From Macrostomum lignano (Eukaryota): 64,000 nucleotides of DNA. The notes beneath the pieces were generated by a model. The model was not told the origin of the DNA, searched no databases, and was given only the letters and a program-made list of their open reading frames with translations. The translations under genes were made by a program, and so were the position numbers. The stretch's first letter is position 1, and each line of letters opens with the position of its first letter. Location of the stretch: the NCBI GenBank assembly GCA_002269645.1, contig NIVC01001431.1:44335-108334 (forward strand), given 5' to 3'. Positions 24,448 through 37,250 of the stretch are shown here, piece after piece.

Positions 24448-26959
24448 ATGTCTCGCCGCAGAACATTGTTTTCTAATACAGATTCTGATAGTGATGTCGA
24501 AGCTGTATTGCGGACAAGCCGTCGAGGACGTCCAAGAAAGCTCCAGAAATCTTCTGGTTTTGGTGCCACCCGTCGTCCTAGCTCAAGCTCTGCTTATGGT
24601 TCTCATCAGGATCAGTCGGTAGGGAATTATTTTTTTCCTGAAATGCCTGATAATGCAGCCGAAATGCCGCCTGAAAATTCTACTGAACCTTCAAATCCGC
24701 CTGAAGAAACTGAGTGGGAGGATCATTCCATGTTTTCGGATCTTCACAGCAATGCGTATGAAAATTATTTCAACTTGGGTTCATGCATTCGTTGCAGTGA
24801 TGCGCCTGGAATTTATCGGTGTGTCACTTGTAGGCTGGATTTCTGTGAAGACTGTAAAGAAATCACACATGGTGATTTTGCACCACACAAATTTGAACAG
24901 TGGAATTCTGAGACGCTTATGTTTGCAGATCCAGTGCACGTGCCCATGGTTGCTGCACTTTTCTGTTGTGTGGCAAGCAGAGAGGCTCGCGAATTGTCGG
25001 CTGCATCAACTGTTGAGCTAATCGATTTGTCGGGAATCGTTCAAGCTCAGATGTTTACGTGTAGTTCATGTGACAAAGTGGATGCGCTTCTCTCAATGGG
25101 TTACTTCCCGTCTTATGATGCAACCGCAACCGCCACAGACTGCACAGCCTATTTCGCCATAAGTTTATTAACACTTCTCGACAATTTGACTACTGTAGGT
25201 CGACTACCGGCTCACAGGGCAATCAAAGCCCTGTTTTTAGGTGCTACTGTTGGCCAAGGAATCTGCAGAGATAAATTAGCATCAAGTTTGTATCAACGTC
25301 TGCAACGCCACTGTGTTCTGCTAAAATTTAGACAATTACAGATCCGCTCAGCAAAATGGCCCAAGTCGTGTCTCTTGTGTCCCGATCAGCATAATGATCG
25401 CCAGACTGTTGTTTGTGCTGATGCGCTTTTCGGCTGGCAAAGATTTTCTTCAATGGGATTCAGGCAAGCTCTAACTCCGTCAGATGGTCGTCCGCTTCCT
25501 GTTCCATTAGTGAATGTAGATGTCAAAGCAGACGCGCCAAAAAATCGCTTAGAAGAACAAAACTGTCCAAGTTGGAAAGCTGGGGCGCTCGAGCCACCAT
25601 CCCGAGGTGCTGGTAGACATGATGTGTATGGCTTTTTTGGACTTTTTTGCCGGCACAATCGTCTATTGAATGGTTGTAACATTACTACGACAGGAGAGCG
25701 GTTCTGCTACATAGAACAGTGCCTTGAGCATTTTCTAAGAGACACGTCTGTATCGAAGAAATTGCTTCTTATCTATGACGTTGGTAAGTGCATCTTTTGC
25801 ATACTATGTCCGTATAATTTAGCGGGATCAAAATAAAGTACATACATTTTTCTCACATCTCACTGCAGGCTGCCGCGTTTCAGCTCGCGTACAATCCGCA
25901 GTTACTAAATCTGGTGCTAACGTACAGGCCTCTTCATGTGCCATCAATGCATTCCACGCACTTGGCCACAAACCAAGCTGCCAAAGAAGGTTCTCTGTGC
26001 GTGTCACTCCTGGAGCGGGCTTGTGTGATGGCGAGAACACAGAGAGAGCTTGGGCACAACTTCGCCCATATGGGCATTCACTAAAGTACATGCGACCTGA
26101 TCGTAGGAGCACCTGTATGTCTCAAATTCTGTTTCATTTCAATGCGAATCAATTGTTTAACACACCCCAGTGGTTCCAGCAACGTCTCAGACTTTTGGAC
26201 AGTACGATAAAAAACATGTCTTCGGAAATGAACTCACTTCTTGATGATGCACGAATACAGCAAGCTTCCGGAATTTTAGACGGAAGCTTAGTACTTTCGG
26301 AGGTTCAAATTCGGAATCTCGGCCGTCAGTGGCATCAGAACTCTCTTATAGGCGCAGTAGAAAACTCTGAAAACGACCTTCTATCTAATATTCGTTCGCT
26401 TGCAGTTCTCAGAGAACATTGGCTGCGACAGTCTGGACTAAATATGGGCCAAGGTCATAACAGAGCTTGCTTGCGCCGTGTACAAGGTTTGACTTCAGAA
26501 ATGAAAGCTGATATTAATCGTCTGCCGGAAGAGACCCGGGGTTCTTTTGATCAGTATCGGAAGCCAAATAGTTCAAAGTACGATGGTTTATCTGAATCAG
26601 CTACTTCTGTCCGTTTCCGTCGGCGTGCAATCGATCTCTATCATAAGTACGACAGAGTGAATGAGGAACTGCATATCGTATCTGAGGAATGGTATGACTT
26701 TATTGTAAAAATGGACATGGTTTGCAAGAGTCTAGATAATCAGGCTGGTTTGGCGGCTCAGTTTCGAAAACTATTTCGATCAATTTTAGAAAGAGTTGTA
26801 AATCTTGACGTTCCAGCAAGGGCAGAATATTTTCGACTCATTTTGGGCGGCGCAGAACAAAGCATTGAAAATGTTCCTCCTATTAGCAACGACTCGCCAA
26901 CTGAGTCGGCGACTGAGTCTTCAGCGTCTGAATCGGATGATTCAGAAGATACTTTTTGA
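24448..26959 (+). CDS. KDZ-superfamily (Kyakuja-like) transposase, join(24448..25783,25869..26959), 808 aa
   Basis: An 85-bp GTAAGT...CACTGCAG intron joins the two track ORFs in frame, giving YDV(G|G)C. N-terminal B-box-like finger (CxxC..CxxC..CxxC..H..H) and a CxC3-like cluster (VELID..FTCSSC..LLSMGYFPS). KDZ core motifs VCADALFG, GFFGLFCRH, GERF, IYDVGC, FHALGH..C, GAGLCDGENTERAW. No stops or frameshifts. Confidence 0.92.
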
Positions 26960-27051
26960 GCAAGTTTAAATTTTTTAGTTAGCTGAACACTTCAATTACA
27001 CAGTGATTTATTGTGTCGGCTGTTTCCAAAGCACTTGCAATAAAATTATTC

Positions 27052-27300
27052 AAAAATTGCTGTGCCAATAGATGTCATTTTTAACCTCACTTGCACACAA
27101 TAGCTCAAGTGTGCTGTGAATTCGCTGCTCAGCTGTATCATTCCTGGGTCCATGTGCTCTGCTTACACGTAGCGGACCTGTTAACGTTAATTAATTCAGT
27201 TTAATGCAGTGATGAACTGTCACTCAGTTTATAAACTGGCGCTAAATTGTTTTGATTAACGGAGCCAAAGAGCACTTATTTATTTCGTTACCTTTTATAC
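27052..27300 (+). repeat. ~250-bp intergenic block following each gene of the element (copies at 27052-27300, 28814-29058 and, inverted, 42046-42290, 43804-44052, 45637-45885)
   Basis: Near-identical copies read directly. In the KDZ and SET copies it is preceded by AATAAA. Confidence 0.9.
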
Positions 27301-27852
27301 TACACTTCATTGCATGAAAATTAAACTGCCGTTAAGTTGACATTTTCGCCCGTTATGGTGTTATTAAACGATATGTTGGTTGCTTTTTCTCATTTTTAAG
27401 TCGTCAATATTAGTTAGGACTCAGTTTTCGATCCCGATTGCCATTCTCAAATCCATAGAATCGACACCTTAGAATCGACTTAAGACCCTAGCTGTAGGCC
27501 TAAACTTTGCGCTATCTATAAGAAGTCAGCATCGAATACTTGATCAGTCTTGATGTCATACTTGATACGGACCCCTCAGCCAGGAGTGCTGTTATCTTTT
27601 CTCCAGGCCATTCAGTCATACTAATCTCTTTTTGTATAATGGTACCCTATGGTTATTTAGTTATACTTACTAATATTATACAGTGCAACCCTGTCCCCAT
27701 AATTCAATCAGCTTTAACTAGATGTAACTTTTGCTACTGACTTTCTTCAGTTACTAAAAAAACAATGCTATACTTATTTCAGCTAGCCACTCGACGCATT
27801 GAAATTAAGTCTTCTAAAACACCAATCCAATTATTCAACAACTGTTTTAGCC

Positions 27853-28671
27853 ATGCCTAATAAACACGCAAAAATCTGTTGCTTTTTGTGCTCATGGACT
27901 GGTAGAACGTACCAATTGTGGCGACATCGGGAAAAGTTTCACCCTACCACAACTGATGAGCAGATTCAGGCCATGATTGATCTGTCTAAAGCCAATTCGA
28001 AGGCCAAGTCTGTGGCTCTCTGCCCTCTCTGCCAGGATATGATTTCTTGCCCTAGAATGCACTTTCGAAACAACCATGCTTCCGAATTTCAAACTCCAAG
28101 TCGTAGAAAAGACCTGGCAGGTCGGGCTGCTACTAAGCGAATGAGAAAACAAGCTTCCGTACGTCTGGCAGAGCTTCGCGACTTGGCAGTTGTAAAAGAA
28201 GTGCCCATCCACTATGCTCCATTCGATCAAGTAGTCCTGGACATTCAACATCTGGTTTATAATTACGAAATAAGCGAGACAGACAACGTTGCTCCACTCC
28301 GTGCAGCTTCACAACCTGTTGCAGCCTCAACTTCTACTGCGGCATCTAGTCCTAAGCAATCTGATCGGCATTGCACATTTTCTGGGTGCAACTGTGGTGC
28401 ACCAAGACTGCCTTGTGCTACATCAACAAAAGAAATTGCCAATTGTATTCCTAGATGCTCACTAGGAAATTTAAAAAAATCTCCAGGAAAAAAATTCCCC
28501 GCTGCAATCGGCCCAGTTCCTATTCCTCTCAAGCCTAAAGCAATTGTTCCTCTCACAATAGTTCCACAACCCGTTATTCGCAGACGGAAATCGTCACATG
28601 AAGTTAAAGTAACTAAATTTGATCCAAACCTGGTGTCCTCTTCCCCAAAAAGCAATCGATTTGCTGATTAG
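27853..28671 (+). CDS. Double C2H2-type zinc-finger protein with Cys-rich cluster and basic/Pro-rich tail (272 aa), left copy
   Basis: ATG at 27853 right after TTTTAG. CFLC-x11-HREKFH and CPLC-x8-HFRNNH, then a C-x4-C-x-C-x6-C cluster. The N-terminus aligns with the ZnF-SET protein at 45255. Confidence 0.8.
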   Translation: MPNKHAKICCFLCSWTGRTYQLWRHREKFHPTTTDEQIQAMIDLSKANSKAKSVALCPLCQDMISCPRMHFRNNHASEFQTPSRRKDLAGRAATKRMRKQASVRLAELRDLAVVKEVPIHYAPFDQVVLDIQHLVYNYEISETDNVAPLRAASQPVAASTSTAASSPKQSDRHCTFSGCNCGAPRLPCATSTKEIANCIPRCSLGNLKKSPGKKFPAAIGPVPIPLKPKAIVPLTIVPQPVIRRRKSSHEVKVTKFDPNLVSSSPKSNRFAD

Positions 28672-29422
28672 ACCTTTTAATAGTCCTTGAACCCCGACCC
28701 CTTCTCCTACTCACTGTAATGGCAATCTCTGAGCGAGCAGAAATACAAAATTAATTTAACAGTTTATTCTCAAGCACTTGCAATCATTAAAATTATCGTA
28801 TAAAGTGGTAATTAAAAATTGCTGTGCCAATAGATGTCATTTTTAACCTCACTTGCACACAATAGCTCAAGTGTGCTGTGAATTCGCTGCTCAGCTGTAT
28901 CATTCCTGGGTCCATGTGCTCTGCTTACACGTAGCGGACCTGTTAACGTTAATTAATTCAGTTTAATGCAGTGATGAACTGTCACTCAGTTTATAAACTG
29001 GCGCTAAACTGTTTTGATTAATGGAGCCAAAGAGCACTTATTTCGTTACCTTTTATACTTTTGTTATTGATTATTTTTCAATCAGGTGTACTTCCATTTA
29101 GATCACTGTTTGTTGACAGTTTATCGTTCCATTTTCTACTAAATACACGTTGTTATAATTAAGTTATAGTTTACTTTAACGACTTCATTGTGTATTGCAT
29201 TTGTTTTCTTCTTTTACACACTTATTGCAATGTTAACATTTGACAATGACTTATGATTTTACTTAGATTCGCCCGTCTAGATTTGCTCTTTTACAATTGC
29301 CCATCCAGAATCACCCTTTTTATCACACCCTCCTCCAGGTCATTCAGTCATGCTACTTTCACTGTGTATCTCTATTTTATGTCCTATCTACTCTTCTTTG
29401 TTGTATGACTCAATCATTAGTA

Positions 29423-29590
29423 ATGTCCATCGCCGCGAAGCTGTTCAACCGGCTCCTGCTTACCCCGTTGCAGCCCGTGCTGGATCCCTACCTGCGGACC
29501 GAGCAGAACGGGTTCCGGCCAAGACGCGGCACTGTTACGCAGATCCTGGCCCTTCGGTGAGTCATCGAGCAGGCGCGCACTCGGCGGTAT
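29423..29590 (+). pseudogene. Non-LTR retrotransposon reverse-transcriptase fragment (RTE/L2-like)
   Basis: SIAAKLFNRLL...LDPYLRTEQNGFRPRRGTVTQILALR*VIEQAR matches the RT N-terminal K(L/I)xxR...Q.GFR..R motifs. In-frame TGA. Mirror copy at 41514-41681. Confidence 0.85.
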
Positions 29591-30429
29591 CCGGACTGCC
29601 TGCTGGCCGATGCTGGCGCCCCCGACCAGGCCGGTGGACCGGCCTTTCTCCGCTCCCGTGCTCTGGGGCGCGACCTGTGATGCCCAACCTCGACCCTGGG
29701 GCGTAACTTGTTGTTGTTGTCAGTCATTAGTCGCCAAGATTTCGCGCCATCTTGACATTTAGTGTTTAACAATGCCAATATGACAATGTCGATATGTAAA
29801 CTGTAGCATACTTGATCCCTGATAAACCGTTTTGCATTCAACGCAACACTGATTTTTAGTATCTGTAAAATCGGTTCTTAAACTTCTTCCAATATTTTGT
29901 ATCTGGAAATTTTCTATTTCTCATTCTATTCTATTACGTTCTATTCCATTGTATTCTAAGACATTCTATTTTCTATTTTTGCGGCAGGGGCGGCAGCTGC
30001 AGCACTAAAGTTAGCAGGTTCCATCTGGAAAAGAAATCGGACGTGTGAGTGGAAAAGGACCATTTCTTCGGGCCATCTTTAAAATATAATGATGAATTGC
30101 GACCTTACAACATTATGCTAGTGTATGTCCCTAAACTATAGTGCACATGTTTCGCTCATACTACTTTTAGTATCCTACTAGAGATCCTACTATCTACTAT
30201 CTAACTACTACTAACTACTAACTAACTACTTTCCGGATATACGAGTTGTACAAAAAATGATGAATTAATAAAGATATACTACGCTCTAAAAGCAAAATGT
30301 TATTAGCTGCTAAGGGCCATTCAGTCATTTATAAAAATAGACTATTTTATACCAGTTTTGTTACCATTTTCTTCAGTTTAAATTAAAGCTTGTAAGTGGA
30401 AATTTGTCTATATACAATGAGGCCTGTGG

Positions 30430-30552
30430 CGCAAAAATGAGTGGCTGCGGAGCTAAAAATGAGTGGCTGCGGAGCTAAAAATGAGTACCTGTGGCGCTAA
30501 AATGAGTGCCTGCGGCGCTAAAATGAGTACCTGCGGCGCTGAAATGAGTGCT
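30430..30552. repeat. 21-22-bp short tandem repeat with GCGCTAAAAT motif (mirror 40552-40674, third copy ~36143-36262)
   Basis: About 6 copies read directly. Confidence 0.9.
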
Positions 30553-30814
30553 GACAACACGGATTCTGATAGTAATGTACGTGTAGGAATTTCGTCGTGT
30601 ACATTTACATGTAGTAGAAATCTTGGCTTTGTCACCCACCATAAAATCCATGGCGACGAGCCTGAGTGCATAACTACAACACCGAGTTGCTTTAAATATG
30701 CATTTACGCGGCTATCATGTGCCAGCAGGGGCGCATCCAGAGGCTACAGGATGTTGCATGGGGCTCAGTAAAAATCGAGTTTCTTTTCTTAATTGTTGTA
30801 AAAGCAGAGAGCAG

Positions 30815-33800
30815 AGAAGTAGAAAGATCAAGGGATCTTTGAGTTGTGGGGTAAGTTTTGGAGATATATGGCACATGGCACCTTTTTCGAGATGCAAGAT
30901 AGACTGCATGGTCTGGTCAGCTATCAATTTATAAGGCATGAGAGTGGAACTGATGTGCAGGTATACCCAGCTTTTGCTAATGTTTTGCCAATTTCTTAAT
31001 CTCAAGCTCAAATTCTTATTCCTGATTCCTCACGTTGGGGTAAATATGAGATCAGAGTGCAGGCGAGGGGATAGAAAAGAATACATATAACATATCAGAT
31101 ACATCAAGTACATATTGAAAGATGAGAGAGAGATCGAGAGAAGATGACACGAGAGAAGAGTGCGTGCTATATAGTAAAGGAGAAATGAGAATTGAGAGCA
31201 GAGAAGTAGAAAGATCAAGAGATCTTTGAGTTATGGGGTAAGTTTTGGAGATATGTGGCACATGGCACCTTTTTCGAGATGCAAGATAGACTGCATGGTC
31301 TGGTCAGCTATCAATTTATAAGGCATGAGAGTGGAACTGATGTGCAGGTATACCCAGCTTTTGCTAATGTTTTGCCAATTTCTTAATCTCAAGCTCAAAT
31401 TCTTATTCCTGATTCCTCACGTTGGGGTAAATATGAGATCAGAGTGCAGGCGAGGGGATAGAAAAGAATACATATAACATATCAGATACATCAAGTACAT
31501 ATTGAAAGATGAGAGAGAGATCGAGAGAAGATGACACGAGAGAAGAGTGCGTGCTATATAGTAAAGGAGAAATGAGAATTGAGAGCAGAGAAGTAGAAAG
31601 ATCAAGAGATCTTTGAGTTATGGGGTAAGTTTTGGAGATATATGGCACATGGCACCTTTTTCGAGATGCAAGATAGACTGCATGGTCTGGTCAGCTATCA
31701 ATTTATAAGGCATGAGAGTGGAACTGATGTGCAGGTATACCCAGCTTTTGCTAATGTTTTGCCAATTTCTTAATCTCAAGCTCAAATTCTTATTCCTGAT
31801 TCCTCACGTTGGGGTAAATATGAGATCAGAGTGCAGGCGAGGGGATAGAAAAGAATACATATAACATATCAGATACATCAAGTACATATTGAAAGATGAG
31901 AGAGAGATCGAGAGAAGATGACACGAGAGAAGAGTGCGTGCTATATAGTAAAGGAGAAATGAGAATTGAGAGCAGAGAAGTAGAAAGATCAAGAGATCTT
32001 TGAGTTATGGGGTAAGTTTTGGAGATATGTGGCACATGGCACCTTTTTCGAGATGCAAGATAGACTGCATGGTCTGGTCAGCTATCAATTTATAAGGCAT
32101 GAGAGTGGAACTGATGTGCAGGTATACCCAGCTTTTGCTAATGTTTTGCCAATTTCTTAATCTCAAGCTCAAATTCTTATTCCTGATTCCTCACGTTGGG
32201 GTAAATATGAGATCAGAGTGCAGGCGAGGGGATAGAAAAGAATACATATAACATATCAGATACATCAAGTACATATTGAAAGATGAGAGAGAGATCGAGA
32301 GAAGATGACACGAGAGAAGAGTGCGTGCTATATAGTAAAGGAGAAATGAGAATTGAGAGCAGAGAAGTAGAAAGATCAAGAGATCTTTGAGTTATGGGGT
32401 AAGTTTTGGAGATATATGGCACATGGCACCTTTTTCGAGATGCAAGATAGACTGCATGGTCTGGTCAGCTATCAATTTATAAGGCATGAGAGTGGAACTG
32501 ATGTGCAGGTATACCCAGCTTTTGCTAATGTTTTGCCAATTTCTTAATCTCAAGCTCAAATTCTTATTCCTGATTCCTCACGTTGGGGTAAATATGAGAT
32601 CAGAGTGCAGGCGAGGGGATAGAAAAGAATACATATAACATATCAGATACATCAAGTACATATTGAAAGATGAGAGAGAGATCGAGAGAAGATGACACGA
32701 GAGAAGAGTGCGTGCTATATAGTAAAGGAGAAATGAGAATTGAGAGCAGAGAAGTAGAAAGATCAAGAGATCTTTGAGTTGTGGGGTAAGTTTTGGAGAT
32801 ATATGGCACATGGCACCTTTTTCGAGATGCAAGATAGACTGCATGGTCTGGTCAGCTATCAATTTATAAGGCATGAGAGTGGAACTGATGTGCAGGTATA
32901 CCCAGCTTTTGCTAATGTTTTGCCAATTTCTTAATCTCAAGCTCAAATTCTTATTCCTGATTCCTCACGTTGGGGTAAATATGAGATCAGAGTGCAGGCG
33001 AGGGGATAGAAAAGAATACATATAACATATCAGATACATCAAGTACATATTGAAAGATGAGAGAGAGATCGAGAGAAGATGACACGAGAGAAGAGTGCGT
33101 GCTATATAGTAAAGGAGAAATGAGAATTGAGAGCAGAGAAGTAGAAAGATCAAGAGATCTTTGAGTTATGGGGTAAGTTTTGGAGATATATGGCACATGG
33201 CACCTTTTTCGAGATGCAAGATAGACTGCATGGTCTGGTCAGCTATCAATTTATAAGGCATGAGAGTGGAACTGATGTGCAGGTATACCCAGCTTTTGCT
33301 AATGTTTTGCCAATTTCTTAATCTCAAGCTCAAATTCTTATTCCTGATTCCTCACGTTGGGGTAAATATGAGATCAGAGTGCAGGCGAGGGGATAGAAAA
33401 GAATACATATAACATATCAGATACATCAAGTACATATTGAAAGATGAGAGAGAGATCGAGAGAAGATGACACGAGAGAAGAGTGCGTGCTATATAGTAAA
33501 GGAGAAATGAGAATTGAGAGCAGAGAAGTAGAAAGATCAAGAGATCTTTGAGTTATGGGGTAAGTTTTGGAGATATATGGCACATGGCACCTTTTTCGAG
33601 ATGCAAGATAGACTGCATGGTCTGGTCAGCTATCAATTTATAAGGCATGAGAGTGGAACTGATGTGCAGGTATACCCAGCTTTTGCTAATGTTTTGCCAA
33701 TTTCTTAATCTCAAGCTCAAATTCTTATTCCTGATTCCTCACGTTGGGGTAAATATGAGATCAGAGTGCAGGCGAGGGGATAGAAAAGAATACATATAAC

Positions 33801-34642
33801 ATATCAGATACATCAAGTACATATTGAAAGATGAGAGAGAGATCGAGAGAAGATGACACGAGAGAAGAGTGCGTGCTATATAGTAAAGGAGAAATGAGAA
33901 TTGAGAGCAGAGAAGTAGAAAGATCAAGAGATCTTTGAGTTATGGGGTAAGTTTTGGAGATATATGGCACATGGCACCTTTTTCGAGATGCAAGATAGAC
34001 TGCATGGTCTGGTCAGCTATCAATTTATAAGGCATGAGAGTGGAACTGATGTGCAGGTATACCCAGCTTTTGCTAATGTTTTGCCAATTTCTTAATCTCA
34101 AGCTCAAATTCTTATTCCTGATTCCTCACGTTGGGGTAAATATGAGATCAGAGTGCAGGCGAGGGGATAGAAAAGAATACATATAACATATCAGATACAT
34201 CAAGTACATATTGAAAGATGAGAGAGAGATCGAGAGAAGATGACACGAGAGAAGAGTGCGTGCTATATAGTAAAGGAGAAATGAGAATTGAGAGCAGAGA
34301 AGTAGAAAGATCAAGAGATCTTTGAGTTATGGGGTAAGTTTTGGAGATATATGGCACATGGCACCTTTTTCGAGATGCAAGATAGACTGCATGGTCTGGT
34401 CAGCTATCAATTTATAAGGCATGAGAGTGGAACTGATGTGCAGGTATACCCAGCTTTTGCTAATGTTTTGCCAATTTCTTAATCTCAAGCTCAAATTCTT
34501 ATTCCTGATTCCTCACGTTGGGGTAAATATGAGATCAGAGTGCAGGCGAGGGGATAGAAAAGAATACATATAACATATCAGATACATCAAGTACATATTG
34601 AAAGATGAGAGAGAGATCGAGAGAAGATGACACGAGAGAAGA
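30815..34642 (+). repeat. 387-bp tandem array, about 10 near-identical units, left arm
   Basis: ORFs recur at exact 387-nt offsets (31030, 31417 ... 34513). Purine-rich + strand. Confidence 0.97.
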
Positions 34643-34785
34643 GAGAATGAAATGAAAATGAGAACAGAGAAGTAAAACGAAGAGAAGAAGAACGCAAAAG
34701 GTGCCATGTGCCATATATCCCTAAAACTTGGAGAGGAGAGGAAAGGAGAGCTGCCATTTGCCCTACACTTCTTCGAGTAGCTTTC

Positions 34786-34853
34786 AAGTAGCTGCGTTCT
34801 CATTGGACGCGCAGCTCCGCCAAACTCAAACTCCAATGAGAACGCAGCTACTT
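34786..34853. other. Perfect 22-bp inverted repeat with 24-nt loop at the orientation switch
   Basis: AAGTAGCTGCGTTCTCATTGGA (34786-34807) / TCCAATGAGAACGCAGCTACTT (34832-34853). Confidence 0.9.
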
Positions 34854-34895
34854 ATTCCTGAAATAAGAATTTGAGAATTTAAGAATTTTTTTATT

Positions 34896-36924
34896 CAGGA
34901 ATAAGAATTTGAGCTTGAGATTAAGAAATTGGCAAAACATTAGCAAAAGCTGGGTATACCTGCACATCAGTTCCACTCTCATGCCTTATAAATTGATAGC
35001 TGACCAGACCATGCAGTCTATCTTGCATCTCGAAAAAGGTGCCATGTGCCATATATCTCCAAAACTTACCCCATAACTCAAAGATCTCTTGATCTTTCTA
35101 CTTCTCTGCTCTCAATTCTCATTTCTCCTTTACTATATAGCACGCACTCTTCTCTCGTGTCATCTTCTCTCGATCTCTCTCTCATCTTTCAATATGTACT
35201 TGATGTATCTGATATGTTATATGTATTCTTTTCTATCCCCTCGCCTGCACTCTGATCTCATATTTACCCCAACGTGAGGAATCAGGAATAAGAATTTGAG
35301 CTTGAGATTAAGAAATTGGCAAAACATTAGCAAAAGCTGGGTATACCTGCACATCAGTTCCACTCTCATGCCTTATAAATTGATAGCTGACCAGACCATG
35401 CAGTCTATCTTGCATCTCGAAAAAGGTGCCATGTGCCATATATCTCCAAAACTTACCCCATAACTCAAAGATCTCTTGATCTTTCTACTTCTCTGCTCTC
35501 AATTCTCATTTCTCCTTTACTATATAGCACGCACTCTTCTCTCGTGTCATCTTCTCTCGATCTCTCTCTCATCTTTCAATATGTACTTGATGTATCTGAT
35601 ATGTTATATGTATTCTTTTCTATCCCCTCGCCTGCACTCTGATCTCATATTTACCCCAACGTGAGGAATCAGGAATAAGAATTTGAGCTTGAGATTAAGA
35701 AATTGGCAAAACATTAGCAAAAGCTGGGTATACCTGCACATCAGTTCCACTCTCATGCCTTATAAATTGATAGCTGACCAGACCATGCAGTCTATCTTGC
35801 ATCTCGAAAAAGGTGCCATGTGCCATATATCTCCAAAACTTACCCCATAACTCAAAGATCTCTTGATCTTTCTACTTCTCTGCTCTCTGCTTTTACAACA
35901 ATTAAGAAAAGAAACTCGATTTTTACTGAGCCCCATGCAACATCCTGTAGCCTCTGGATGCGCCCCTGCTGGCACATGATAGCCGCGTAAATGCATATTT
36001 AAAGCAACTCGGTGTTGTAGTTATGCACTCAGGCTCGTCGCCATGGATTTTATGGTGGGTGACAAGCCAAGATTTCTACTACATGTAAATGTACACGACG
36101 AAATTCCTACACGTACATTACTATCAGAATCCGTGTTGTCAGCACTCATTTCAGCGCCGCAGGTACTCATTTTAGCGCCGCAGGCACTCATTTTAGCGCC
36201 ACAGGTACTCATTTTTAGCTCCGCAGCCCTCATTTTTAGCTCCGCAGCCACTCATTTTTTGCGCACAGGCCTCATTGTATATAGACAAATTTCCACTTAC
36301 AAGCTTTAATTTAAACTGAAGAAAATGGTAACAAAAACTGGTATAAAATAGTCTATTTTTATAATGACTGAATGGCCCTTAGCAGCTAATAACATTTTGC
36401 TTTTAGAGCGTAGTATATCTTTATTAATTCATCATTTTTTGTACAACTCGTATATCCGGAAAGTAGTTAGTAGTTAGTAGTAGTTAGATAGTAGATAGTA
36501 GGATCTCTAGTAGGATACTAAAAGTAGTATGAGCGAAACATGTGCACTATAGTTTAGGGACATACACTAGCATAATGTTGTAAGGTCGCAATTCATCATT
36601 ATATTTTAAAGATGGCCCGAAGAAATGGTCCTTTTCCACTCACACGTCCGATTTCTTTTCCAGATGGAAATTGCTTTCCTGCAAGGAGGGCGGCATCCGC
36701 CCCAAAAATAGAAAATAGAATGTCTTAGAATAGAATAGAATGAGAAAAAGAAAATTTCCAGATACAAAATATTGGAAGACGTTTAAGAACCCATTTTACA
36801 GATACTAAAAAACAGTGTTGCGTTGAATGCAAAACGGTTTATCAGGATCAAGTATGCTACAGCTTACATATCGGCATTGTCATATTGGCATTGTTAACCA
36901 AATTCAAGATGGCGCGAAATCTTG
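34896..36924 (-). repeat. Inverted partial copy: about 2.5 units of the 387-bp array plus a diverged or error-rich copy of 29735-30830
   Basis: Reverse-complement match with many small indels. Homology ends after AAATCTTG at about 36924. Confidence 0.85.
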
Positions 36925-36954
36925 TCTGCTGCATGGCCAGCAGCAGATAGATGA

Positions 36955-37250
36955 NNNNNNNNNNNNNNNNNNNNNNNNNNNNNNNNNNNNNNNNNNNNNN
37001 NNNNNNNNNNNNNNNNNNNNNNNNNNNNNNNNNNNNNNNNNNNNNNNNNNNNNNNNNNNNNNNNNNNNNNNNNNNNNNNNNNNNNNNNNNNNNNNNNNNN
37101 NNNNNNNNNNNNNNNNNNNNNNNNNNNNNNNNNNNNNNNNNNNNNNNNNNNNNNNNNNNNNNNNNNNNNNNNNNNNNNNNNNNNNNNNNNNNNNNNNNNN
37201 NNNNNNNNNNNNNNNNNNNNNNNNNNNNNNNNNNNNNNNNNNNNNNNNNN
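36955..37250. other. Assembly gap (296 N)
   Basis: Run of N. Confidence 1.
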
